Below, piece by piece: positions 38,541 to 47,825 of a stretch of DNA of 64,000 bases (the stretch's first letter is position 1; each line of letters starts with the position of its first letter). The translations under genes were made by a program, and so were the position numbers. This DNA comes from an uncultured Ruficoccus sp. GTDB taxonomy: Bacteria; Verrucomicrobiota; Verrucomicrobiia; Opitutales; Cerasicoccaceae. Below the pieces are notes generated by a model. It did not search any database and had not been told where the DNA came from. It was given only the letters and a program-made list of their open reading frames with translations. The stretch is taken from NCBI GenBank assembly GCA_965140785.1, contig OZ223518.1:1-64000 (forward strand). The letters run 5' to 3'.

Positions 38541-38586
38541 TGCCGTGGCTATACTGCCGTGGCTATACTGCCGTGGCTATGATGCC
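38541..38586. repeat. 14-bp direct tandem repeat x3
   Basis: TGCCGTGGCTATAC TGCCGTGGCTATAC TGCCGTGGCTATGA TGCC. Confidence 0.9.
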
Positions 38587-38590
38587 TCAG

Positions 38591-38779
38591 TCAGCGCGCG
38601 GGATGCACGGTCTGGTCGACCTCGCTGCGGACGGTTTGTTGCTCCTGCTGCTGGATCATCATCTGATTGGCGCGTTGCTCGGCTTCGTTGTCATCAGCGG
38701 TGGCGCTGGCCGATGGGCTGCTGCAACCGGCACAGGCGAACAGGAGGAGAGCCGGGAAAATCGGGAGTACGTTTTTCAT
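38591..38779 (-). CDS. Small Gln-rich lipoprotein
   Basis: MKNVLPIFPALLLFACAG-C lipobox. Confidence 0.7.
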   Translation of the reverse strand: MKNVLPIFPALLLFACAGCSSPSASATADDNEAEQRANQMMIQQQEQQTVRSEVDQTVHPAR

Positions 38780-38864
38780 GGGTGAAAAGGTAATCGCCGG
38801 GGTGGAACGGGCAACGCAAATTCGTGGCCGGACCGGGCGGGCCTACTCAGTCGTTTTCCCGCAA

Positions 38865-40739
38865 TCAAACTTGCGTTGCGGGGGTTGTTTTGGCGTTGGG
38901 GGCGGGGCGGGCGAGCCCGAGCGCGATCAGGCAGATCTGGCTGAGGATGAAGATCACGATCCAGAAGAACGCCTTGTCCATGAAGCCGTAGGAGTGCAGG
39001 CCGACGCCGAGCATGTTCGTCCCGAACCACGACCAGACCGTGACGATGTTGCCGAAAACGGCCAGCAGCATGAAGCCGCGCTCGCCGACGAGGCGACCGA
39101 CGCGGGCATGCAGCATGAGCGCACACCACAGCACGATGATGAGCGCGCCGTTCTCCTTCGGGTCCCAGCCCCAGAAACGGCCCCAGCTCTGATCGGCCCA
39201 GACGCCGCCGAGCATGGTACCGACGAAGGAGAAAAGCAGGGCAAAACAGGTGATGCCGTACACCATGCGGTAGAGGGAAGCGGCGGTCTCGCGGGGCAGG
39301 CCGCCCGTCGGCAGGCGGCGCAGGACATACACGATGGCCAGCACCCCGGCCAGGAAGGTGGCCGAGTAGCCGATGGTGATAATGACCACGTGAGTTGCCA
39401 GCCAGAAGTTCGAGTCGAGCACGGCCTGCATCATTCCCAGCGTGTCGCCGCTGAGGGCTAGGTTGTGGGCGATGATCAGCGTGACGAAGCCGATCAGCCC
39501 GGCGACGAAGCTGCCGATGCCGTTGCGGTAGATGCGCTCCAGAATGATCCCGAGCAGGACCGCGCCCCAGCCCACGAAAATGGCCGAGGAGTAGAGGTTG
39601 GTCACGGGCGGGCGACCCTGGATGTACATACGGGCGCCCAGCCCGAAGGTGTGCACGAGGAAGGCCAGCACGAGCAGCCAGAAGGCCGAGCGCTGAAACG
39701 CCTGCGGCAGGCACAGCCAACTGATGGCGGCCAGGAGGAAAATCATGACGTACAAAATACTGGCCCGGTAGAAGGGCTCGAAGGTGTTGAAAAACTCCTC
39801 GAAGCCGACATGGCCCATCGGGCTGACCGGGTCGAGCCGCTCGTGCAGCCCGGCCAGGGTTTCGTTAAAGCCTGTCGCGTCACCTTGCCGCCACTGGACG
39901 GTGAGCTTGCCGTAGTCTTCGATTACGGGGTTGATCTGGTCGGTGCTGATGGTCAGCAGCAGGCCTTCGCCGAGGTTGAGCCAGTCATTGACCTCCTTAT
40001 CCGTCTCGGTCATTGGCGGGACGATGCCGAGGTCGCCGATGCGGGAGAGCTGGAGGTAGCGATTGGTCAGAAAGGTGAAACGCTCGAAGTCCTCCTTGTT
40101 GTAAGGCTTGTCCTGATCGCTGAGGCTGACGGCCTCGCGACCGGGGCCGACGATGCGCTCCCAGGCGCCGTACTCGAGCAGGAGCTGGTCGAGGTTGCCG
40201 CCGGGCTGGAGCGAGCGCGAGAGCAGGTCGTAGCGGGTGAGGGCGTTGGTGAGCTTGAGGAGCTGGCGCTCGTACACGCTGCGCAACTGGGGCTCGGGGT
40301 TGATCTGCGCACTCATCTCCTGAATGGTTTTAAAGTGCGGGCGCAGGTCGTCGAAGGAGAAGTACTTACGGTCGGCCTGCTGCCAGCCGAAGAGGCCGAG
40401 GACCTGCGGGTTGTCGATGCGGAAGACCGACATCTTGTCCGCGGCCACGGGGTTGAAGGACAGCTCCATGAACCAGGCGATGGCGCTGATCTTGCCGCCG
40501 TCGGCCAGCCGGGCGCTCTGGCGGCCACCGAGCAGGCGCAGGCTGTTGCGGGCGACCGAGTCCAGCGGCAGGACGCGCCCGCCCGACTGCACGGGCAGCT
40601 CGGCGAAGCTCTTGACATCGAACTCGGAGCTGTACCGCGGCGGCATCAGCCCGCGGCCCACGATGAGCAGGCCGACGATAGGAATGAGCCTGATGGAGAT
40701 GCTGAAGAGCAGACTGAGGAACGCGATAACCTGTTTCAT
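38865..40739 (-). CDS. ccsA: Cytochrome c biogenesis protein CcsA (system II) with large N-terminal soluble domain
   Basis: GRPPVTNLY, WLATHV, WADQSWGRFWGWDPKE (WWD), GLHSY. Confidence 0.93.
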   Translation of the reverse strand: MKQVIAFLSLLFSISIRLIPIVGLLIVGRGLMPPRYSSEFDVKSFAELPVQSGGRVLPLDSVARNSLRLLGGRQSARLADGGKISAIAWFMELSFNPVAADKMSVFRIDNPQVLGLFGWQQADRKYFSFDDLRPHFKTIQEMSAQINPEPQLRSVYERQLLKLTNALTRYDLLSRSLQPGGNLDQLLLEYGAWERIVGPGREAVSLSDQDKPYNKEDFERFTFLTNRYLQLSRIGDLGIVPPMTETDKEVNDWLNLGEGLLLTISTDQINPVIEDYGKLTVQWRQGDATGFNETLAGLHERLDPVSPMGHVGFEEFFNTFEPFYRASILYVMIFLLAAISWLCLPQAFQRSAFWLLVLAFLVHTFGLGARMYIQGRPPVTNLYSSAIFVGWGAVLLGIILERIYRNGIGSFVAGLIGFVTLIIAHNLALSGDTLGMMQAVLDSNFWLATHVVIITIGYSATFLAGVLAIVYVLRRLPTGGLPRETAASLYRMVYGITCFALLFSFVGTMLGGVWADQSWGRFWGWDPKENGALIIVLWCALMLHARVGRLVGERGFMLLAVFGNIVTVWSWFGTNMLGVGLHSYGFMDKAFFWIVIFILSQICLIALGLARPAPNAKTTPATQV

Positions 40740-41923
40740 GAGCGGGCTTGGGCGGAGCGGCGGGCGGTGAAGCGGACCAGGTGTATCATAAACTGGATAC
40801 ACATGCCGATGCCGACGACGAGGACGGCCAGGTAGGGCAGCAGCCAGCTGGGGTTGCGCACGACCTGGAGCATGGAGGCGGTGTTCTGCTTGGCAAAGGA
40901 AGCCTGATAAAAGGTGTAGCCGCCGTGGCGCAGGGGGTGGTTCATGTAGATGAGAGCGGGCTGGGGCGACTCGCCGGGAGTGAGGATGCGCACGTCGCTG
41001 GCGAAGTTTTTCGGGATATCGGTGCCGGGGTAAACGTCGTGGGTGAAGTTTTTCAGCGCCAGTGAGAAGGGCAGGTAGGTGCGCTTGAAGCGCAGGGCGA
41101 TCTCGTAGGTCTTGCCGCCCACCTCGACCGTCTGCGGCGGGAAGCGGTCATCGATCACGTTGGAAACGAGCCAGGAGCCCAGGGAGCCATCGGGGCCGAC
41201 CAGCTCGACAATGGCGGTGGTGGTATTGATGCCTTCCTGACTGTAGTCGGGCGCCTTCTCCACCGCAAACAGCCCCATGCGGGCGGCGGCGCCTCGGGTG
41301 GCACGCGGGGCGGGGCCGTTGGGATTTTGCATTTGGGTGCCCAGCCCGGCATTGATCATGAAGTCCTGCACATTGACCGTCAGGCCGAGGTCGGGCAGTT
41401 CGATGGGGCGCTCTTTTTTCAATAAACTTTGCGGGATACTGGTGACCGTGTCATAGTCGGGATTCGAGCGGTCGATGAGGACCAACTCGTTGCTCAGGTG
41501 GGTCTGGGCGAAGTTGCTCTGGCCGCCTTCGTCGATCCACATCTGGCTCTCTTCCTGCAGCCAGCTGACGAGAAAGCCGCTCACGATGAGCAGGACGACT
41601 CCGAGGTGGGTGAGGGCGATGCCGGCTTTTTTCCAGCTCGGGCGGTAGTAGCGGAAATGTGCGCAGCAGAGGTTGACCAGCAGGAGGATGCCCAGGGCGA
41701 AGCCGCCGGGCAGGGGCACTTTTAGCCAATGCAACTGCATGCCGCCGAACCACTCCGCCGGGTAGTGCCAGAAGACCAGGAAGCTCTCGAAGTAACGGCG
41801 CTGGGTCTCGTGGATGCCGAAGTGTACCTGATCGAGGGTACCGAAGAAGACCAGCAGGATACTAAAGGCCAGCAACACCACGGTCAGCCGCAGCGAACTT
41901 ATGAAACGGAAAAGGGACTTCAT
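40736..41923 (-). CDS. Cytochrome c biogenesis ResB/Ccs1-like protein
   Basis: SSLRLTVVLL..GTL.Q, THLG, IYMNHPL..GYTFYQASF; overlaps ccsA start (ATGA). Confidence 0.88.
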   Translation of the reverse strand: MKSLFRFISSLRLTVVLLAFSILLVFFGTLDQVHFGIHETQRRYFESFLVFWHYPAEWFGGMQLHWLKVPLPGGFALGILLLVNLCCAHFRYYRPSWKKAGIALTHLGVVLLIVSGFLVSWLQEESQMWIDEGGQSNFAQTHLSNELVLIDRSNPDYDTVTSIPQSLLKKERPIELPDLGLTVNVQDFMINAGLGTQMQNPNGPAPRATRGAAARMGLFAVEKAPDYSQEGINTTTAIVELVGPDGSLGSWLVSNVIDDRFPPQTVEVGGKTYEIALRFKRTYLPFSLALKNFTHDVYPGTDIPKNFASDVRILTPGESPQPALIYMNHPLRHGGYTFYQASFAKQNTASMLQVVRNPSWLLPYLAVLVVGIGMCIQFMIHLVRFTARRSAQARS

Positions 41924-42606
41924 GAGGCAGGGAAGCGCACGGAGCGCACGAAATCGAGGAAGGCGGGCGTCTGGGCCTGCACGGTGGCGGTGTCGCCCAT
42001 CAATTTAAAGAACCAGCTGGCTCCGGCGTGGGGGATGATCGCCCCGACCACGCTCTGGCCGCCGGGTCCGTCGAAATGAACGAAGAAACCGGTGTCGTCA
42101 CTGGCGGTCGTGAGGGCGTGCTGCTGGCGCTCGGCGTCGAGCTGGGCCTGCGTCATGGGGCCGAGGCCGACCTGGCCGGCCCAGCGGTTGACGTTGGCCA
42201 GGTCGCCGCCGACATCGCCCGGAAAGACCAGCACGCTGACCTCGGCGCTGCCGCCGGAGGGGCCGGGGATTTTCCAGCTGCCCTTGCGCATGGTGCCCAG
42301 GGGCTGGGCTTCCCAGTCAGCCGGGGCGGTCCACTGGGGCGTCTGGAAGCCAGCGGCCTGTTCAGCCAAGCCGGGAAGCGCGGTCATGCCCATGCCGCTA
42401 CCGGCAGGTTGAGCGGTTGCGCCGGGCTGAGCGGAAGTGGCTGAGCCGGCGTTGGCCGGGGCTGGCGAGGCGGCAGGCATCATGGGGGCGGAGGCCGGGC
42501 GTTCCTCCTTGGGAACCCGGTAGGTCGTCACCTCCTCGTCGGAACAGCCGCTGAGCAGGAGCGCCAGTGAGAGCAGCGCGCCCGCCGTGCAGGGGAAATA
42601 TCGCAT
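41920..42606 (-). CDS. Lipoprotein, first gene of the ccs operon
   Basis: LLLSG-C lipobox; GGDLANVNRW..Q.GL, WFFKL.G; ATGA coupling. Confidence 0.8.
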   Translation of the reverse strand: MRYFPCTAGALLSLALLLSGCSDEEVTTYRVPKEERPASAPMMPAASPAPANAGSATSAQPGATAQPAGSGMGMTALPGLAEQAAGFQTPQWTAPADWEAQPLGTMRKGSWKIPGPSGGSAEVSVLVFPGDVGGDLANVNRWAGQVGLGPMTQAQLDAERQQHALTTASDDTGFFVHFDGPGGQSVVGAIIPHAGASWFFKLMGDTATVQAQTPAFLDFVRSVRFPAS

Positions 42607-42787
42607 GGCCGAACGATTCCCATATTGCGCCCCCGGTCAAGGCTAACCGGTGGCCGGAAGTTTGACTTATGGGTGCGATTAGCGTTAGTTTTGGGAAAAC
42701 AAAGTTGGATAAACCAGCCGCCGGGCGGGAAGGACTTGAATCGCCCCCGCCGGGTTGGTAATTACCGTCGAAAGAAAGGGTTTTTTG

Positions 42788-43516
42788 ATGAAAGTACAGG
42801 TATTACAGCACGTTCCGTTCGAGTGGATCGGCAGCATGGAGCCTTGGCTGCTGGAGCGCGGGGCGGAGATTTTTACGGCGAAACTCTACGAGTCGGACGA
42901 CCTGCCAGACCCGGCGACGGTGGATCTGGTGATCGCCATGGGCGGGCCGATGAGCGTCAACGACGAGGCCGGGCACCCCTGGCTGGTGCCGGAGAAGGCC
43001 TTCCTGCGCGAAGCCGTCCAGCGCGGCGTGCCCACGCTCGGGGTGTGCCTGGGCGCGCAGCTCATCGCCAACGCGCACGGGGCCACCGTGGGGCGCAACC
43101 CGCAGCCGGAGATCGGCTGGTTCCCCATCGAGTCCGTGCCCGCGCCCCGGGGGACGTTTACCTTTCCGGCCAGGCTCGACGTTTACCACTGGCATGGGGA
43201 AACCTTCGGGTTGCCGGCGGAGGCCTCCCTGCTCGCGTCCAGTCTGGCGTGCAAGAACCAGGCCTTCCAGATGGGGGATAACGCCATCGGCATGCAGTTT
43301 CACCTGGAAACGACCCCCGAAACAGCCGCTCTGCTGGTCGAGAACTGCCGAGACGAGATCGTGCCGGGCGAGTACGTCCAGAGCGCCGAGGCCATGCTCG
43401 CCGCCCCGCCCGAGCGTTATGCGGCCATCAACAAACTCTCGGGCCGCATCCTCGACTACGTGCTCGGCAACCGCACCGGAGCGAAAAAGCGCCCCGAGGA
43501 CGTGATCATATTTTAG
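42788..43516 (+). CDS. Type 1 glutamine amidotransferase
   Basis: LQHVPFE, MGGPMSVND, GVCLGAQL, QFHLE triad. Confidence 0.92.
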   Translation: MKVQVLQHVPFEWIGSMEPWLLERGAEIFTAKLYESDDLPDPATVDLVIAMGGPMSVNDEAGHPWLVPEKAFLREAVQRGVPTLGVCLGAQLIANAHGATVGRNPQPEIGWFPIESVPAPRGTFTFPARLDVYHWHGETFGLPAEASLLASSLACKNQAFQMGDNAIGMQFHLETTPETAALLVENCRDEIVPGEYVQSAEAMLAAPPERYAAINKLSGRILDYVLGNRTGAKKRPEDVIIF

Positions 43517-43531
43517 AGGCGGGCGTTTTTT

Positions 43532-43654
43532 CTGGGCTTATGCAGCCCAGACCCGCAGCAGACGAAGTCTGCACTTTCGATGCTGCGCATCGTGTCTGCA
43601 ATTGCTGAAATGGATATCCATTTCAGCAATTGCAGAGCAAAAGCATCAAAACTG
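43532..43654 (+). repeat. Four-hairpin structured element family B copy X, including a perfect 42-bp palindrome
   Basis: Hairpins 43532-43550, 43558-43572, 43578-43592, 43595-43636; same order and spacing as the reverse complement of 58845-58975. Confidence 0.85.
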
Positions 43655-43745
43655 GGTCTCCACCATAGGATGGAATCTCTGTGGCAGGGGCCTTTGAGGA
43701 ACAGTGAGTGCTGACGATTGGTCAGGCAAGCTCTGTGCATTGCTT

Positions 43746-43830
43746 GGGGTAGCGGCCTTTTGGACGCGTAGGGGCGATAGCCCCTTCATGTCCCGTGCGG
43801 TCACGCACCCGCGTAGGGGCGCAGCCCCTC
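43746..43830. repeat. Two GTAG-type REP-like hairpins
   Basis: GCGTAGGGGCGATAGCCCCT (43766-43785) and GCGTAGGGGCGCAGCCCCTC (43811-43830); the latter is identical to 46006-46025. Confidence 0.75.
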
Positions 43831-43855
43831 AATCGGGTCAAGCGCCGAGCGCTTG

Positions 43856-44959
43856 TCACCCACCGATTTTGAAGAGGGTGACGTCGCCGTCTTTGAAGAG
43901 GTACTCTTTGCCTTCGAGGCGGTACTTGCCGGCGTCGCGGGCGGCGGCGATGGAGCCGGCGGCAATGAGGTCGTCGTAGGAGACGACTTCGGCCTTGATG
44001 AATTTCTTCTCGAAGTCGGTGTGGATGACCCCGGCGCATTGGGGGGCCTTCATGCCGAGGCGGAAGGTCCAGGCGCGGGTTTCCTTTTCGCCGGTGGTGA
44101 AGTAGCTGGCCAGCCCGAGCAGGCGGTAGGCCTCGCGGATGAGGCGGTTGCAGCCGCTGTCGGAGATGCCGAGGCTTTCGAGGTATTCTTTGGCCTCGTC
44201 GGGGGCGAGTTCGCCCAGTTCCTCCTCGACGCGGGCACAGATCGGGCAGTAGCCGGCACCGTGGTGCTCGGCGGCCCAGGCGGCGACCTTCTGGACGAGC
44301 GGGAGGTTGTCGGCGTCGGCCAGCTCGTCTTCCTTCACATTGCAGGCGTAGAGGACTTTTTTGGCCGAGAGCAGGTTGTAGAATTTTAAAAGCGCGCGCT
44401 CGTCGTCAGTCAGCTCCATGGTGATGACGGGCTTGCCCTCGCCGGTGTGGGCGAGGATGCGGGTGAGCAGGGCGTGGTGGGTCTGGGCTTCCTTGTCGCC
44501 GCTCTTGGCCTTCTTGGCCCAGCTGTTGAGCTGGCGCTCGACGCTTTCAAGGTCGGCCAGGACGAGTTCGGTGTTGATGATCTCGATATCGCGGACGGGA
44601 TCGACGCCGCCCATGTTGTGGATGACGTCGTCGTCCTCGAAGCAGCGCACGACGTGGACGATGGCGTCCACCTCGCGGATGTTGGCGAGAAACTTGTTGC
44701 CTAAACCTTCGCCCTTGCTGGCCCCGGCGACGAGCCCGGCGATGTCCACGAACTCGATGGCGGCGGGAATGATCGTGCGGGTACCGCCGATCTTGGCTAG
44801 CGGCGCCAAGCGTTCGTCCGGCACCTCAACGACACCGACATTCGGCTCGATGGTGCAGAAGGGATAGTTCGCTGCCTCCGCCTTACGGGTGCGGGTGAGG
44901 GCGTTGAAAAGGGTGCTTTTGCCCACGTTGGGCAGTCCGACGATTCCGGCTTGGAGCAT
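43856..44959 (-). CDS. ychF: Redox-regulated ATPase YchF
   Basis: [50 protein letters not shown]. Confidence 0.97.
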   Translation of the reverse strand: MLQAGIVGLPNVGKSTLFNALTRTRKAEAANYPFCTIEPNVGVVEVPDERLAPLAKIGGTRTIIPAAIEFVDIAGLVAGASKGEGLGNKFLANIREVDAIVHVVRCFEDDDVIHNMGGVDPVRDIEIINTELVLADLESVERQLNSWAKKAKSGDKEAQTHHALLTRILAHTGEGKPVITMELTDDERALLKFYNLLSAKKVLYACNVKEDELADADNLPLVQKVAAWAAEHHGAGYCPICARVEEELGELAPDEAKEYLESLGISDSGCNRLIREAYRLLGLASYFTTGEKETRAWTFRLGMKAPQCAGVIHTDFEKKFIKAEVVSYDDLIAAGSIAAARDAGKYRLEGKEYLFKDGDVTLFKIGG

Positions 44960-44994
44960 AGTTGCGGTGGAAAATGTTTTTGAGCTAAACCTGA

Positions 44995-45155
44995 GGGATC
45001 GTTCACCAATGACTCATGTCGTCTGCTTGGCTGGGTTCTGGGGCCTTTTTCGTGTTCTCCCCTCGACAATTCTCAACATTGCCTCGGTTCGAAGCCCGAA
45101 AACGTTTCTCAAAACCAGCCTGCGCATACTCGTTCCGTCATTTGCAAACAATCCC
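44995..45155 (-). mobile_element. Structured rod-like repeat family A copy 3
   Basis: Terminal IR GGGATCGTTCACCAATGAC/GTCATTTGCAAACAATCCC; shared TCATGTC, TCGACAAT..ATTGCCTC and CTCGTTCCGT. Confidence 0.8.
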
Positions 45156-45306
45156 AAGCTCTAAAGGGAAAATCCCCCGCTCGCCAAGCGTTATCTCCGG
45201 CCGGAGCAATTCAATCGGGTCCGGCGGACCCGTCGGGCGTAGGGCTTTACCCCCGGCGGGGCGTTTTTGGCTTTCGCCGGGCGGGATTTCTCTTTCAGCT
45301 AAAGGG

Positions 45307-45777
45307 ATGGACAAAACCCAGGTCTTCGACGCGCTGCGCAGCAAGCTCCAGTCCGAGTTGGCGGTGGCGGTGGGCGCTTCGCGCGACGCCGCCGACTACG
45401 CGACCAACGAAGAGTCCCGCGCGGAGTCCAAATACGACACTCAGGGGCTTGAAGCCTCCTACCTGGCCGCCGGTCAGGCCACGCTGGCCCGCGCTCTGGC
45501 CGAGGCGGTGGGCATCCTCGACAGTCTGCACGGGGAGTTGACCACTCCGCGCGAAAGTGTCCTGCGCGGCGCGTTGGTCCAGTGCAGCCTCGGGCGGTTC
45601 AAGGAATGGTTTTACCTCGCCCCGGTCGGCGGCGGGGAAACCCTGGACATCGACGGGACGGAGGTGACCGTCGTGACCGCGCAGTCTCCTATCGGAGCGG
45701 CCATCACCGGCAAAGCCGCCGGGGCGAAGTTCAAGCTCCCCAACGGGGCCGACGGAAGCATCGTGAAGGTGGTCTGA
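45307..45777 (+). CDS. GreA/GreB-family protein
   Basis: AESKYDT..LEASYLA.GQ, VT..SPIG.A..GK..G. Confidence 0.8.
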   Translation: MDKTQVFDALRSKLQSELAVAVGASRDAADYATNEESRAESKYDTQGLEASYLAAGQATLARALAEAVGILDSLHGELTTPRESVLRGALVQCSLGRFKEWFYLAPVGGGETLDIDGTEVTVVTAQSPIGAAITGKAAGAKFKLPNGADGSIVKVV

Positions 45778-45802
45778 GGGAGCGTCTGGGCGCTAGTGTG
45801 GC

Positions 45803-45946
45803 GTTAGCTTAGTTCATTGAAGATGTATTTGAGCCACTAAAAGGCACAAAAAGCACAGAACTGAAACTGACCCCTCTAGATTCGCGGCTTATCCTGATTT
45901 TTTGTGAGTTTTGTGGCCATTAACTTTTGCCTAGAACTAGGCTAAC
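45803..45946. mobile_element. MITE-like element family C copy 2
   Basis: Termini GTTAGCTTAGTTC/GAACTAGGCTAAC; flanks match 5524-5840, core inverted. Confidence 0.75.
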
Positions 45947-45984
45947 ATAATACTAGACTGTTCGAACGCACTCCAGACTGGGCA

Positions 45985-46025
45985 GGGGTAGCCGCCTTTC
46001 TGGCGGCGTAGGGGCGCAGCCCCTC
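45985..46025. repeat. GTAG-type REP-like double hairpin
   Basis: GGGGTAGCCGCCTTTCTGGCGGCGTAGGGGCGCAGCCCCTC, similar to 43746-43785. Confidence 0.7.
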
Positions 46026-46046
46026 AGTGCCAGCGGGTGCAATCCG

Positions 46047-47657
46047 TTACCACATGCCCTGGTTGAGGGATTCGTTGACTTCGGCCAATTGGGTGAAACC
46101 GGTCTTGAGCTGGTCCACGCGCTCGGCGTGAAAGCCGGTGCGGGGGACGAGGGGGAGTTCCTCGAGTTCCTGGGCCTGCTCACGGAAGAAATCGGTCAGC
46201 GATCGGCCTTTGGCGCGCCCGCGATTGCGGATGATGCCGATGATTTTGTTGCGTTCGTTCAGGGTGATGCGCTTGCCCTCCAGAGAGGCGTACTCCTTGA
46301 CCACGGCATTGTGGGCGGTGATCCACTGGGAGAGGCGCGGGTTCTCGATGCCGGGAATGATGATGGGGGAGAATGGGTCACTGTAGTAAACGGCCATGAT
46401 GGAACCGGACTGCTCCATGGCGGCCTCGGCATCGATCAGGCGTTGGTTGATCATGGCGAGAGCCTCGGCGTGGAAGGGAATCCACTTGATGCGGTCGTCG
46501 AGCTTGACGCCAAAGCGGCGGACCTTGTCGAAGCCCGTCCCGGCCATGATCCAGTCTTTTTCACTGGTGGGGCTGAAGGTGGCGTAGGTGGCGACGGCCA
46601 CGACGACGTCCTTGTCGTTGACGATGGGGCTGCCGCTGTTGCCGGGGACGAACTTCGCGCTGGTCTCGATGCGGTCGAAGGCGTCGCCCTTGACCTCGCC
46701 CCGGATCTCGGTGATGACGCCCGCGCCCGCGCTGTTGCCGTAGACGGTGACATCCTCGCCAATGTCGGCCTCGGTCGTGAAGGTCAGGCAGGGGGGCTGC
46801 TGGTTAATGGTGATGCGGGCCAGGTCGCGGTCCTGGGCCAGCTCGATCAGGCGGGGCTTGAGCTGGGTGCCGTCGCGCATGCGGATGCTCAAGTCCTTGC
46901 CGGAGCCGACGACGTGGCTGTTGGTGAAGAAGTAAACCACGCCGTCCATCTGGCAGAGAAAGCCCGTGCCCGAGCCCTCGGCGGTGGTGACGAGCCCGAC
47001 GGCGTCCTCGGGGTCCCGCACGGGCATGAAGCGGCTCGCGTGCTGGGAAGCATGGACGCGTTCAGCTTTTTCCTCTTCGGCGTCAGCCAGCTTTTGGAGC
47101 TGAGCGGCGCTGAACTTGGGGGTGGAGACTTCCTCGGGCTCATGCCGGGCGACCGCCTGCGCGGCCTCCGAGCGTTCGATGGCCTCGCGGTAGCGGTCGG
47201 TCTCAATGAGGCGGAAGAGATTCTGCGGGAAGGGGACCCGGCGCTGAGTGTCGCCGACCGGGACGACCAGCTCGACTTTCCCGTCCGCGGCGGCGGCGAC
47301 GGGGTAGGGCGTGCCCTTCTGGATGAGGATGACGCCCTTGTCGAAGTTCAGGACGATCATGCCGTTGACGCTGGCGTTTTTGCCCTCGCGGGTACTGACG
47401 GTGCGCCCGTTCTTTTTCTTGGGTAGCTCGACCACGTGGACGGCGTCCCCGAAGTCGTAGTTAATAAAGAACACGTCGTTATTTTCGCTGATGATCTCGA
47501 AGGACTGCGAGGGGTATATCTTGCGCTTGCCCTCGTCGATGGGATAGCGGACGGCAAAGCTGGCGTTGGGCAGCGCGACATACGTGGCGGCGTGGGCGGA
47601 TAGCGGGATCAGCGATAAAAGCAGGCTCAGGAAACAGTAGAGGAAAACGGCTCTCAT
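46047..47657 (-). CDS. Secreted trypsin-like (S1) serine protease
   Basis: Signal peptide; GTGF, TNSHV, RDLA, PGNSGSP triad motifs. Confidence 0.85.
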   Translation of the reverse strand: MRAVFLYCFLSLLLSLIPLSAHAATYVALPNASFAVRYPIDEGKRKIYPSQSFEIISENNDVFFINYDFGDAVHVVELPKKKNGRTVSTREGKNASVNGMIVLNFDKGVILIQKGTPYPVAAAADGKVELVVPVGDTQRRVPFPQNLFRLIETDRYREAIERSEAAQAVARHEPEEVSTPKFSAAQLQKLADAEEEKAERVHASQHASRFMPVRDPEDAVGLVTTAEGSGTGFLCQMDGVVYFFTNSHVVGSGKDLSIRMRDGTQLKPRLIELAQDRDLARITINQQPPCLTFTTEADIGEDVTVYGNSAGAGVITEIRGEVKGDAFDRIETSAKFVPGNSGSPIVNDKDVVVAVATYATFSPTSEKDWIMAGTGFDKVRRFGVKLDDRIKWIPFHAEALAMINQRLIDAEAAMEQSGSIMAVYYSDPFSPIIIPGIENPRLSQWITAHNAVVKEYASLEGKRITLNERNKIIGIIRNRGRAKGRSLTDFFREQAQELEELPLVPRTGFHAERVDQLKTGFTQLAEVNESLNQGMW

Positions 47658-47825
47658 AAACAGCGGGAATGAAGGTGCACGCCCAGTAAAAGGCTTCCAT
47701 GGGGGATTGTCATGGCTAATATGAGAAAAGTTCACGAATCAGTGATGCTGATGGTGCTCCGGCGGGTTTGAGCACCGAAAGTCTTGGCGGTGGGGGCGGG
47801 GATACCGCCTCGATCCGGGTTCGAT

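Noticed and set aside
38541..38586. Possible CRISPR array
   Set aside because: 14-bp units are contiguous with no spacers, and no cas genes are present.
43595..43636. Integron attC site
   Set aside because: No RYYYAAC/GTTRRRY core sites or extrahelical bases, and no integron integrase or cassette array.
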